64,000 bases of DNA from the NCBI GenBank assembly GCA_964571795.1, contig CAZNDK010000004.1, forward strand, positions 64,203 to 128,202, given 5' to 3'. The position numbers and the translations under genes were made by a program. The stretch comes from an uncultured Gemmatimonadaceae bacterium (lineage in GTDB: Bacteria > Gemmatimonadota > Gemmatimonadetes > Gemmatimonadales > GWC2-71-9). This document shows, piece by piece, positions 1 through 10,556 of this stretch. Under the pieces are notes generated by a model that was not told the origin of the DNA, made no database searches, and saw only the letters and a program-made list of their open reading frames with translations. Position 1 is the stretch's first letter; each line of letters opens with the position of its first letter.

Positions 1-281
1 GGCGTGGCGATGAGGACCGACACCTTGACCAGCCGCTTCTTGGGGTTGAACATCGCGTAGACCCGGGATGGGTAGTCCATCACCGTGCCGTCGAAGGTGG
101 CATCGCCGTCGTCGTCGATCTCGGTGAACTCGAAGCCGGCGTCGGTAATGTGTTCCTTGGTCGTGGCGACGTTGTCGTTCCACGAGGTCCCCGCGAAGGT
201 GTAGGTCTGGGCGCCGGCCGGCGCAGCCCAGGATACCAGCCCGAGGAGAGTGAAGAGCGCCGCAGCACGGGCGAGTTTCAT
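1..281 (-). CDS. Exported hypothetical protein (5' part; runs off window start)
   Basis: Own translation from ATG at 281: MKLARAAALFTLLGLVSWAAPAGAQTYTFAGTSW..., open to position 1; Sec signal peptide ending AGA-Q; upstream TTGCGC-N17-CATTTT (370..342, minus). Confidence 0.75.
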   Translation of the reverse strand, partial: MKLARAAALFTLLGLVSWAAPAGAQTYTFAGTSWNDNVATTKEHITDAGFEFTEIDDDGDATFDGTVMDYPSRVYAMFNPKKRLVKVSVLIAT

Positions 282-409
282 GAGAGGGATCTCCGAATAG
301 GGGAATCGGGACGAGGCGCCCGCGGTCACATCACAATTCGGAAAATGGGTATCCGCGCCGGGAGGCGCAAGACACTCCAGCGTGCGTTCGGCCGGACGCG
401 CCTCGCCGG

Positions 410-2527
410 CTACCGCCGAGCGTGGAGCCGGGCCTTGAGGCGCTCGACCTCGGCGCGGAGTTCCGCCAGGTCGGCGTCCATTCGCTCCAACGAACGGAGC
501 AGGTCCACCTCGAACGGCACCGACGCCCCCGCTTCCCGCGTGACCGCGGTCGGGGCGGCGACATCCGGCGGGACCGGGTCCGGGACGAGTTCCTGGGTGA
601 CGCGCAGGCGGCGAGGCTCGAGGTAGAAAGTCCACACCACGGCCGCGAGCAGGAGCACCAGCAGGATCGCCTGCGCCGAGAGCGACTCGACGGTCCGGTA
701 AATGCCCAGTCGCTCGATCTGCGGCGCCCAGCTCACCACCGTGATCGGCACGACCCCTCCGCCCTGCAATTCCGCGATGCCCTTCCCCAAGAAGACGAAG
801 GCCATGTAGTAGAGGAAGGCGCTCGTGACGCCGAAGAACGGCTTGAGGGGCAGCCTGACGCCGAAGCGGTTGATGAGCACGTACACCACGCCCAGCACCA
901 CCGAGGCCGCCCCGATCCCGAGCACCACGGGCAGCACTGCGCCCCCGGCCGGCCCCGCCACCATGAGCGCCTTGTAGAACAGCACCGTCTCGACGCCCTC
1001 CCGGTAGACCGCCAGGAACGCCACCGACGGCAGGGCGAAGGCCGACCCCGAGACCAGCGCGTCCTGCACCTTGCCCTTCACGAACCGGTTCCACTTGGCC
1101 ACTTCCATCTTGGAAAGCAGCCAGTAGCTGACATAGAAGAGGGCGAGGGTGGCCACGAGCATCGTGGCGCCTTCGAGGACCTCCTGGCTGGCCGGGGAGA
1201 ACCGGAAGATGGTCTCGAACGCCACGGCGGTGAGGAGGCTGACGACGATGGCGGCGGCCACGCCGACGTGAATGTCGCGCCGGCGCTGGGCGTTGCCGGT
1301 CTTGACCAGGAAGGCGATCAGCGCCCCGATGAGGAGGATCGCCTCGAGCCCTTCGCGGAGCAGGATGACGAACGACTGGACGAAGAGCTCCATGCCGGTC
1401 ATCGGCTTGCCGATGATCCGCTCCGCGCGGGCCAGGTCGGTGGCCAGCTCGGCTCGAAGCGCGGCGAGCTCCCCGGAGGTGGCGCCGCCGCCGGCGCGCC
1501 CCCGCAGCGTGGCGAAGGCCGCCTCGAGCCGGCCCGCGAGCGCCGGGTCCTTGGCCCGCACGCCGGACTCGACCTGCTCGAAGGTAAGGTAGGCCTCGAA
1601 CGCCTCGCCGCTCGCGGCCCCCGGCTGCCCCGCGCCGGCGAGGGCGAGGACCGAGTCGAGCTGCCGGCCCACTTCGGCGAAGACTGCTTCGGCCTCCTGG
1701 CCCGACTCCTGGCCGTGGAAGCTCCGCACGGCGGCGATGACCGGAGCGGCCTGGACGGCCACGGGGAGCTGCATCGCCGCGGCGATCTGGGTGTCGGTCA
1801 TCCGCGCCGTGGTACCGAAGGCCCGGAGCCCCGCGGGCACGTCGCCCGAAGGAGCCGGGTAGCGGAGCAGCGTGGTGTAGGCCGCGGCGGCCCACCGGTC
1901 GGCGCTGCTCAGGCGGGTCTCGAAGGCGGGCATGGCGGTGCCCGCCACGCCGATGGTGATGCGCCGGTAGAAGTCGAGCGGCGAAACGTCGACGAGCCGC
2001 ACCCCATCGGTGAGCGCCGAAGGCGGCGGAGTCAGCCCCAATCCATCCGGGCCGTCTCCCCGGCCCGCGAGACCATGACACCCGGCGCAATTCTGCTGGT
2101 ACACCTGCGCGCCTCTCGCGAGGGACGGCGCCTCGTCGGGGACCTGGTCCAGATCCACGTGGTAGCGGTCCGCGAGCCCGGCCGTGAGCGCGCTCGCCCC
2201 GAGCGCGACGGAATCGGGATCGGCGGTGCGGGCGACGGCGGCGATCAACGCATCGACCGCCGTGATCGTGGCGGCGGCGGATTCCGGGGGCAGGCGGCCC
2301 GCGGTGCGCCGCGCCTCCGCGAGGAACAGGCTCGCCTCCTCGACCTCCGCGGGCGCGATGACCCGCCCTCCCTGGACGCCGATCCGGTATTCCTGCGCGG
2401 CGAGCTGCACGGTCGTGGCGATCCGCTGGACGACCGGCGCCAAATCGCCCCCACCGGGGGGCGACTGCACGCCCTGCTGGAGGGCGGAGAGGAGGGCGAC
2501 CGAGGCGATCGCAGAGGTGAGAATCAT
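410..2527 (-). CDS. Cytochrome c / FTR1-family iron permease fusion
   Basis: Signal peptide, CAGCH heme motif, two RExxE motifs (REGLE, REGVE) in a multi-TM C-terminal domain; start put at ATG 2527. Confidence 0.92.
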   Translation of the reverse strand: MILTSAIASVALLSALQQGVQSPPGGGDLAPVVQRIATTVQLAAQEYRIGVQGGRVIAPAEVEEASLFLAEARRTAGRLPPESAAATITAVDALIAAVARTADPDSVALGASALTAGLADRYHVDLDQVPDEAPSLARGAQVYQQNCAGCHGLAGRGDGPDGLGLTPPPSALTDGVRLVDVSPLDFYRRITIGVAGTAMPAFETRLSSADRWAAAAYTTLLRYPAPSGDVPAGLRAFGTTARMTDTQIAAAMQLPVAVQAAPVIAAVRSFHGQESGQEAEAVFAEVGRQLDSVLALAGAGQPGAASGEAFEAYLTFEQVESGVRAKDPALAGRLEAAFATLRGRAGGGATSGELAALRAELATDLARAERIIGKPMTGMELFVQSFVILLREGLEAILLIGALIAFLVKTGNAQRRRDIHVGVAAAIVVSLLTAVAFETIFRFSPASQEVLEGATMLVATLALFYVSYWLLSKMEVAKWNRFVKGKVQDALVSGSAFALPSVAFLAVYREGVETVLFYKALMVAGPAGGAVLPVVLGIGAASVVLGVVYVLINRFGVRLPLKPFFGVTSAFLYYMAFVFLGKGIAELQGGGVVPITVVSWAPQIERLGIYRTVESLSAQAILLVLLLAAVVWTFYLEPRRLRVTQELVPDPVPPDVAAPTAVTREAGASVPFEVDLLRSLERMDADLAELRAEVERLKARLHARR

Positions 2528-2532
2528 TATCA
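2518..2532. promoter_or_regulatory. Fur box (7-1-7 inverted repeat)
   Basis: Minus strand TGATAAT-G-ATTCTCA, 13/14 match to TGATAAT-N-ATTATCA, at the start of an iron permease. Confidence 0.8.
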
Positions 2533-2587
2533 AGTCATTTGATTGACGAGGCTGGAAACTAGACCGCGGCTGTCGGATTGGCTAGGG

Positions 2588-2965
2588 TCAACCCGAGGAG
2601 AGCACCGCCACCGCCCCAGCCACGCCGTGGGTGTGCGTCAGCGAGAGATGCAGCGTCCAGTCGAAGGGAACCGTGGCGGCGAGCCCGTGCCGGATCAGTT
2701 CGGGCCGCCCCTCGCCGTCCCGGGCGACTTCGAGGTCGTGCCAGCCGACTGCGCGCATGCCGGGCAGCGACTGCAGCGCCTTGTAGGCCGCCTCCTTCGC
2801 GGCCACCCGCACCGCGAAGTGCGGCGCCGGATCGGGTTGCCGCAGCACGTAGTCGCGCTCCTCGGAGGTGAGGAACCTCACCAGCGCTCGCTCGCCGAAG
2901 CGTGCGAGGATGGTGCGGGCCCGCTCCACCTCCACCACGTCGATCCCGATGCCGACCACGCTCAC
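2588..2965 (-). CDS. acpS: Holo-[acyl-carrier-protein] synthase
   Basis: GIGIDVVE...AAKEAAYKA...HLSLTH motifs; GTG start overlaps upstream stop. Confidence 0.93.
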   Translation of the reverse strand: MSVVGIGIDVVEVERARTILARFGERALVRFLTSEERDYVLRQPDPAPHFAVRVAAKEAAYKALQSLPGMRAVGWHDLEVARDGEGRPELIRHGLAATVPFDWTLHLSLTHTHGVAGAVAVLSSG

Positions 2966-3654
2966 AGCCGGCCCCAGACGAACTCGGCCGCCGGACGCAG
3001 CGGTGCCGGCACCGGCAGGAACCCGCCGAGCACCAGCCCGCACCACAGCGCGAAGGCGAACACCCCGGCGGTCACCGTCCAGAGGGGCCACTGCGGGCGG
3101 CGCCACGCGGCGACAGCCTCGATGTCGGCCTCCCACTCCGCGAGTTCGCGCTCCGCCGCGGCGGTGAGCGCCGACCACGCCGCTTCCAGGCGTCGGGCGG
3201 TGGCCAGGACCTGTGCCGCCCATCCCGGATTCGACACCCGGTCGAGCTCGCCCGCCGAGCGGAGCAGCGCCCCCGCTCCGGCGCCGAGCCGCGCATGGAT
3301 TCCGCGGTGCTCGGCGGCCGTGACGAGGTGCCGTTCGGCGCGCCAGGCCGGCATGCGCGCCGCGGCCGCGGCGCCGAGGAGCCGCTCGTCGAGTCGCCGG
3401 ATGAGTATGCCGGCCGCCTGTTCCGCGGCGGCATCCCACATCGCGGCCCAGGCAGCGGGCGACAGCGCAGCGCGGGCCGCCGGCTCGCGGCCTTCCAGGA
3501 GCGCAACGCGCGCCGTGCCGGCCGCCTCGAGCAAACGGGTCACGAGCGACAGGCGCACCGGTGCGAGCAGCCGGTCGGCCGCGGACGCGGAGGCCGGATG
3601 CACCAGCCTCCCGAGGGCGGGCCCCAGTTCGGGCAGCGTGGCGCGTTCGCTCAT
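2962..3654 (-). CDS. Hypothetical helical protein with C-terminal TM anchor
   Basis: 4-nt overlaps on both sides; Ala-rich helices then WPLWTVTAGVFAFALWCGLVLGG. Confidence 0.75.
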   Translation of the reverse strand: MSERATLPELGPALGRLVHPASASAADRLLAPVRLSLVTRLLEAAGTARVALLEGREPAARAALSPAAWAAMWDAAAEQAAGILIRRLDERLLGAAAAARMPAWRAERHLVTAAEHRGIHARLGAGAGALLRSAGELDRVSNPGWAAQVLATARRLEAAWSALTAAAERELAEWEADIEAVAAWRRPQWPLWTVTAGVFAFALWCGLVLGGFLPVPAPLRPAAEFVWGRL

Positions 3655-4268
3655 CGTCGATCCCACAGCGGGCGTCCCTCCTTGAGATTCGAGACGGCCA
3701 GGACGGCGGACTCGCCGGTGCGCGCCTCATAACGCCTCACGAATTCCGCCAGCGGCTCCGGCTCGAAGGCCGTCCGCGGCAGGCCGGTGACGCCGAGCGC
3801 CGATTCGATGGCCGCGGCCGTCCCTTCCACCTCGACCAGGACGTCCATCCGGGGATACCACTCGATGCGGATCTCGGCCCCGTGCGCCCGGTAGATCTCC
3901 ACGAACCGGTCGATCGCCTGGCTGACTTCGTAGCCGAGCGCCGCGAGCAGGTGCGCGGGGGCGCCGGCGTCGCCCTCGGCGGCAAACTCCAGCTCGTCCC
4001 GCAGCTTCATCCCCTCGGGCGACCGTCGGGTGACGCCCTTCCAGGCGACCTGCGCCCTCGCGGGCGCGCCGTCGGGCCGCCAGGTACGGACCCGGAGCAC
4101 TTCGCCCCGCTCCTTCAGCGCGCCACCCCGGTCGAAGAGCCGGTCCTCCATCAGCCCGCGGAAGCCGGGCTCCGCTCCCGATTCCACGAGGTGGCGCCGG
4201 AGCAGCGCCGGATCGGGCACCGCCGCCTTGACCTCCAGCTCCTGCACCGCTCCTGGGGTGGCGCTCAT
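3651..4268 (-). CDS. CYTH-domain protein (CyaB / triphosphate tunnel metalloenzyme family)
   Basis: N-terminal ELEVK (ExExK), VLRVR, DELE, VEVE motifs. Confidence 0.85.
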   Translation of the reverse strand: MSATPGAVQELEVKAAVPDPALLRRHLVESGAEPGFRGLMEDRLFDRGGALKERGEVLRVRTWRPDGAPARAQVAWKGVTRRSPEGMKLRDELEFAAEGDAGAPAHLLAALGYEVSQAIDRFVEIYRAHGAEIRIEWYPRMDVLVEVEGTAAAIESALGVTGLPRTAFEPEPLAEFVRRYEARTGESAVLAVSNLKEGRPLWDRR

Positions 4269-4963
4269 CCGAGCAGCGCCTCGAGGACTGCGTCCGTGTC
4301 GGAGAGGTCGTCGAACGCCGCACGGGCGCCGGCCTCCCGCAGGACCGTGGCGGAGTAGCTGCCGGTGGCCACCGCCACCGCGCGGGCCCCGATGGCCCGC
4401 CCGCAGGTCACGTCCGCGGGCGTGTCGCCGACGATGACGACGGTGTCGCCGTGCGGCACGCGCCCGAAGATCGGCGCCGCGCGCTCGGCGGCGATGGCGG
4501 GAAGGTCCGGTCGGTGGGCGGAGTCCGAGCCGTAGGCGCCCACCCGGAACCGCGCCGGGTCGAGTCCGCCGGAGCGGAGCTTGAGGCCCGCCCCGCGCAC
4601 GACGTTGCCGGTCAGGAGTCCGAGCACCACGTCGCCGCGCCGCTCGAGCCGGTCGAGGAGCGGCATCACGCCGGGCAGCACCTGCGTGGCGCCTGGCGAG
4701 CGCTCCAGTTCCTCCTCGAGATACGCCACGTACCGCTCGCAGACGTCCGCGATCATGTCCGGGTCGTCCGCCGCCGCGTCGCCCGCGGCCTCGAGGAGTT
4801 CCCGGACGATCTGGGGGTCGGTCTTGCCGTCGAATCGGACCTGGCGCCAGGCGTCGTGGGCGCCGAGTCGGTCCGCGAGCGCCGCCGTGATGGCGCGGCG
4901 TCCGGCGCCGGCGGTGAGGAGGAGGGTGCCGTCGATGTCGAAGAGGATGAGCGCGCGCGTCAT
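4265..4963 (-). CDS. HAD-family phosphatase (Gph-like)
   Basis: FDIDGTL motif I, LLTGN motif II, GDTPADV motif IV; start ATG 4963. Confidence 0.9.
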   Translation of the reverse strand: MTRALILFDIDGTLLLTAGAGRRAITAALADRLGAHDAWRQVRFDGKTDPQIVRELLEAAGDAAADDPDMIADVCERYVAYLEEELERSPGATQVLPGVMPLLDRLERRGDVVLGLLTGNVVRGAGLKLRSGGLDPARFRVGAYGSDSAHRPDLPAIAAERAAPIFGRVPHGDTVVIVGDTPADVTCGRAIGARAVAVATGSYSATVLREAGARAAFDDLSDTDAVLEALLG

Positions 4964-5751
4964 GCGGTGGCCGCGTCCGGGATCCGGCGCGCGGCCACGA
5001 ACTGGGCGCGGAGTTGCGCCGCGCGGTGCCCTTCGGACCACGGCTCCGTCAGCACGCCGCCGCAGGACACCGTCGAGTGGACCAGGCACTCGCCGGGGGC
5101 GGCGAACGCCACGTGGGACACGCTCCGGCCGTTTTCGCTGAAGAAGAGGAGGTCGCCGGGGCGCACCGCCTCGAGCGGCACTTCCTCGCCGACCTTCGAC
5201 TGGGCGGAGGAGTCGCGCGGGAGGCCCACGCCCCGTGCCGCGAAAGTGGTCTGCACCAGCCCCGAACAGTCCACGCCGCACTCGGTCACCCCGCCCCATT
5301 CGTACCGCACGCCGGCGAAGGTCGCGGCCGCCCACTGCTCCGGCGCCACGGCCCGGGCGGCGCGCGTCACCTCCGCCAGCGGGAGGACGTGGCCCTGCAC
5401 CAGCGAGCCCGATACGCCGTCGGGCAGCCGGACGCGGCCGTGTTCCAGCGCCGCGCGGGCCCGGACCGGCAACCGCCGGCGGCCGGCCGGCGTGTCCACC
5501 TCGGCACCTTCGGACCAACCGTCGGCTTCCGTGCGCCACCGCGCCGCGGCGTCGGTGTCGCACTCCAGCAGGTAGCCCCGGTGGGCCCAGCCCTCGTAGC
5601 CGTCCACCGCGGTGCGAACCCGCAGCCAGGGACCCTCGCTCGCGAGCACGTCGGCGGTTTCGCCCAGCACCAGCTGGGACACCTGCTCGGTGCGCAGCGA
5701 CGGCTCGAGGTGGAGCGGCGCCACCGAGGCGCGGGCGATGACGGCGCTCAC
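4960..5751 (-). CDS. SH3b + NlpC/P60 peptidase (YkfC-like gamma-D-glutamyl endopeptidase), no signal peptide
   Basis: SQLVLGE...DGYEGW SH3b; YEWGG..GVDCSG, LPRDS, PGDLLFF, HV catalytic motifs. Confidence 0.88.
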   Translation of the reverse strand: MSAVIARASVAPLHLEPSLRTEQVSQLVLGETADVLASEGPWLRVRTAVDGYEGWAHRGYLLECDTDAAARWRTEADGWSEGAEVDTPAGRRRLPVRARAALEHGRVRLPDGVSGSLVQGHVLPLAEVTRAARAVAPEQWAAATFAGVRYEWGGVTECGVDCSGLVQTTFAARGVGLPRDSSAQSKVGEEVPLEAVRPGDLLFFSENGRSVSHVAFAAPGECLVHSTVSCGGVLTEPWSEGHRAAQLRAQFVAARRIPDAATA

Positions 5752-5927
5752 GCGAGATTGGCCCCGCGGCGCTTCTGCTGGCAGTCGGCGCAGCGGTCCA
5801 CGCCGCGGAAGAAGCAGATGAGGCAGATGAAGGTGCCGCAGTCCGCGCAGGGATAGCCCTCGGAGGCCCGCTCCTCACGCCCGCAGGCGCGGCACTTCAT
5901 CGCGTCGTGTTCGTGGATTTCCGCCAT
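5748..5927 (-). CDS. 59-aa microprotein with four CxxC motifs (putative double zinc finger)
   Basis: MAEIHEHDAMKCRAC...CADC...CLIC...CADC; GGAGG RBS; stop overlaps NlpC start. Confidence 0.8.
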   Translation of the reverse strand: MAEIHEHDAMKCRACGREERASEGYPCADCGTFICLICFFRGVDRCADCQQKRRGANLA

Positions 5928-5938
5928 GGAGCCTCCGC

Positions 5939-7285
<1,347 letters not shown>

Positions 7286-7289
7286 CGTG

Positions 7290-10200
7290 TCACCTCGCGC
7301 CGCGGCCGGGGTGCCGCGGGAGTTCGAACCAGAAGCGCGCCCCGCCTCCCGGGCGGTTCTCGGCGCGGATGTCGCCGCCGTGCGCGCGGATGATGCCGTG
7401 CGATATCGACAGGCCAAGCCCGGTGCCGTCGCCCACGGGCTTGGTCGTGAAGAACGGCTCGAAGATCCGGGCCATCAGTTCTGGCGGAATGCCGGAGCCG
7501 GCGTCCGCCACCTCGAGGAAGACCGACTGCTCGTCGGCCCACGCGCGCACCGTGCCCTCGCCGCCGGTGCCGCGCATGGCGTGTCCGCCGTTGGCGAGCA
7601 GGTTGAGGACCACCTGCCGGAGCTGGTCGGGGTCGGCGTGGACCACCGGCAGGTCGGATGGACAATCTACCTTCCAATCGCCGAGCCGCCCGCCGGCCGA
7701 CGCCAGCACCTCCCGGACCAGCCCGCCGAGATCGAGCTCCACCCGCCGCAGCGGCCGCTGTCGGGCGAAGGTGAGCAGGTCGGTGACGATCTGTGCCGCG
7801 CGGGTGGCTTCCCCGCGGATGGCCTCGACCACCCGTCGGCTCCCCTCGTCGAGCGGCTCGTCCAGGATCAGCGCCTGTGCCAGCGCGCTGATGCCCGCAA
7901 GCGGATTGTTGAGCTCGTGCGCCACGCCGCTCACCAGGCGGCCGAGCGCCGCCAGCTTCTCGGTGTGGCCCAGTTGCTCGCGCAACCGTTGCTCGTCGGT
8001 CACGTCGCGCGCGATGGCCAGGACCAGCGGGACCACCGCCCCCTCGCCGGCCGCGGGCACCGCCACCACCGCCGCCTCCCGCACGACGCCGTCGGGCCGC
8101 CGCAGGTGCATCAGGAACTCCCGGGGCTCGCCGCCGCGCACCGCCGCCCACTGCCCCTCGACGTATTCCCGCTCGGCCGGCACCAGGAAATCCGAGAGCC
8201 TTGGCGCCCCGTCCTCGAAGCCGGCCAGCGCCCGCGCCGCCGGGTTCACCGAGCGGAGCATGCCGTGGTCGTCCAGCGTGAAGATGGCGACCGGAACCGT
8301 GGCGAACAATGCCCGGTAGCGCGCCTCGGAACGACGCAGCTCCTCGGTCGCCACCCGCTCCCGCGTGACGTCCCGCATCAGCGCCACCGACCCGCCGGCT
8401 CCCTCTCCGGAACCGAGGGGCGCCAGCGACACCGCGAGCAGCCGTGCCTGCCCGTCCGGGCGGACGAGGCGCGACTCGAACCGGCGGGAGCCGCCGGCCG
8501 AGGAATCGCCCGGCAGGAGCTCGGCCAGCGCCCGCCCGGCGAGCGCGTCCACCGGCGCGCCGAACAGTTCCACCGCGGCGGCGTTCGCGAAGCGGACCCG
8601 CCCCTGGTGGTCCGTCAGGATGATGGCGTCGTGGGCCGCCTCCACGACGAGCCGGAACCGCTGCTCCAGCCGGAGGACGTGACTCACGTCGTCCACTGCC
8701 ACCACGTGCCCGCCTTCGGGGAGCGGCGTGGCGGTGATCACGAGCGACCTGCCGTCGGCGGCCTCGAGCAGGTCCGTCACCGCGGAGCCCGCCCTGGCCG
8801 AGAGCGCGAGTGGGTCGTGCCTCCCCTCTCCCGCCCCGACGAAGAGGCCGTCGAACGAGCGCCCAACGATCTCGGTGACGGGAACCCCCGCCAGGTCGGC
8901 GACGAACCGGTTGGCCCGGGCGATCCGGCCCTGCGCGTCGAGGATGGCGAGTCCGGTGGCGGCGGCGTCGAAAGCGGTCTGCCATTCGCGCCGGCTCCGG
9001 CTGACCAGGTCGAAGAGCCGGCTCTTGCCGATGGCGAGCGCGGCCTGGTCGGCAAATGCCACCGCCAGCCGGCGCTCCTCCGGTGAGTACTCCCGCGGGC
9101 GGTCGTGGAAGAAGGCCAGCACGCCGATGGTCTCTTCGGCGAACACCAGCGGGAGGTAGGCCGCCGAGGCGTAGCCCTCGGCCTGGACCGCCGCGGCCAT
9201 CGGCGAGGCGAAGTCGCGCCGCGCGTGGTCGACGAAGACCGGATGCCCCTCGAGCAGCACTCGCGCCGAGGCGAGCGCGTGGAACTGCCGCTCGTATGCC
9301 TGCGCGTAGTCGGCCGACAGCCCGATCCGGGCCAGGCAGGAGGCGGTGTGGGCCGCCCGGTTCAGGAGGAACACCCCGGTCCGCTCCGCCCCGAAAACCC
9401 GCATCCCTTCTTCTGCGAGGAAATGCGTGGTGCGGTCGGCGTCCTCCACACCGGTGAGCGCGTGGGCCACACGGCCGAGCGCATCGATCTGGTCGAGCCG
9501 GGTCAGCAGCTCGCCGCGAAGCCGGAGTCCGCTCACGGCGGCCGCCACCTGGTCGGCCACCGCCTGGAGCATGGCCAGCGTGTCGGCGCCCGGAGCGGGC
9601 CAGCTGGAATCCGGGCCGGACACGGTCAGCACGCCGGTCAGCACGGAGCCGAAGCGCATCGGGACCATGGCGCCCGGCCGGGGCGGCCGCGGCCGGCGGG
9701 GATCGGGACCCGCTTCGGGCTCTCCCTCGAGGTCGGCGCTGGCCCGCGCCTCGCCACTGCGCGCCACTGCCACCTGCGGGTCGCGCTCTCCCAGCACGTC
9801 GCCCACCCGGTAGAGCCGCGCCTCGCGGCCGACGGCGCCCAGCACCACGAGCCCGGGCAGTTGTTCGCCGGGCCGCCCCGCGATCATGGCCCCGGCCGCC
9901 TGGGCCACGGCCAGCGCGGCCTGGAGCCCCCGCTCCACGGTGGCGTCCAGCGTCCCGAGATTGGAGAGATCGTGCGCCAGCGCGCGCAGCGCGTCGCTCC
10001 CCGCGAGGGTCGCCCGCGCCGCGGCGGCCGCCTCCCGGGTTGTGCTCGCGGTGCGGGTGGCCTCGATGGCGATGGCGGCGTGCGCGGCGATGGCCGCCAC
10101 CATCCGGACGGCTTCCTCGTCGTAGGCGCCGGCCCGGTAGGATTGCGTCGAGAGGACGCCGATCAGCCGGTCGCCGAGCAGCATCGGCGCGTGCACGGCG

Positions 10201-10556
10201 GACTGGCTCGCCTCGGGCGAGCCGAACCGGTTGCCGCGCGCCGCCTCGACCGACTCCGGGCGGCCCAGTGCGAGCACCTGGCGCTGGCGCACCACCCAAC
10301 TCGTGGGCCCTTGGCCGAGCGGCGCTTCCGACGATGGCAGGCGCACGCCGCGATCGGTGTGCGCCACGAAGCGGAGCCGTTCGGTGCCGGGATCCCAGAG
10401 CGCCACGTAGAAGGCGTCGCAGTCCACCAGCCGGGCCACCTGTTCGCGCAGCACGTCGTACAACGCCTCCGGCGGCAGCAGCCGGGCGGTGGCCTCGGCG
10501 ATGGCGGCCAGCACCTCCACCGGCAGCGCGGCGGCGCGCTCGGCGCGGTGCATCAC
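7290..10556 (-). CDS. Soluble sensor histidine kinase (3xGAF, ~3xPAS, HisKA, HATPase)
   Basis: AHELNNPL H-box, QVVLNLLAN N-box, DAGSGI, FEPFFTTK, GTGLGL; GAF/PAS signatures; no TM seen. Confidence 0.93.
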   Translation of the reverse strand: MMHRAERAAALPVEVLAAIAEATARLLPPEALYDVLREQVARLVDCDAFYVALWDPGTERLRFVAHTDRGVRLPSSEAPLGQGPTSWVVRQRQVLALGRPESVEAARGNRFGSPEASQSAVHAPMLLGDRLIGVLSTQSYRAGAYDEEAVRMVAAIAAHAAIAIEATRTASTTREAAAAARATLAGSDALRALAHDLSNLGTLDATVERGLQAALAVAQAAGAMIAGRPGEQLPGLVVLGAVGREARLYRVGDVLGERDPQVAVARSGEARASADLEGEPEAGPDPRRPRPPRPGAMVPMRFGSVLTGVLTVSGPDSSWPAPGADTLAMLQAVADQVAAAVSGLRLRGELLTRLDQIDALGRVAHALTGVEDADRTTHFLAEEGMRVFGAERTGVFLLNRAAHTASCLARIGLSADYAQAYERQFHALASARVLLEGHPVFVDHARRDFASPMAAAVQAEGYASAAYLPLVFAEETIGVLAFFHDRPREYSPEERRLAVAFADQAALAIGKSRLFDLVSRSRREWQTAFDAAATGLAILDAQGRIARANRFVADLAGVPVTEIVGRSFDGLFVGAGEGRHDPLALSARAGSAVTDLLEAADGRSLVITATPLPEGGHVVAVDDVSHVLRLEQRFRLVVEAAHDAIILTDHQGRVRFANAAAVELFGAPVDALAGRALAELLPGDSSAGGSRRFESRLVRPDGQARLLAVSLAPLGSGEGAGGSVALMRDVTRERVATEELRRSEARYRALFATVPVAIFTLDDHGMLRSVNPAARALAGFEDGAPRLSDFLVPAEREYVEGQWAAVRGGEPREFLMHLRRPDGVVREAAVVAVPAAGEGAVVPLVLAIARDVTDEQRLREQLGHTEKLAALGRLVSGVAHELNNPLAGISALAQALILDEPLDEGSRRVVEAIRGEATRAAQIVTDLLTFARQRPLRRVELDLGGLVREVLASAGGRLGDWKVDCPSDLPVVHADPDQLRQVVLNLLANGGHAMRGTGGEGTVRAWADEQSVFLEVADAGSGIPPELMARIFEPFFTTKPVGDGTGLGLSISHGIIRAHGGDIRAENRPGGGARFWFELPRHPGRGAR

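Noticed and set aside
3651..4268. Adenylate cyclase / cyclic-nucleotide defence signalling
   Set aside because: Most CYTH proteins are triphosphatases; no effector or defence genes nearby
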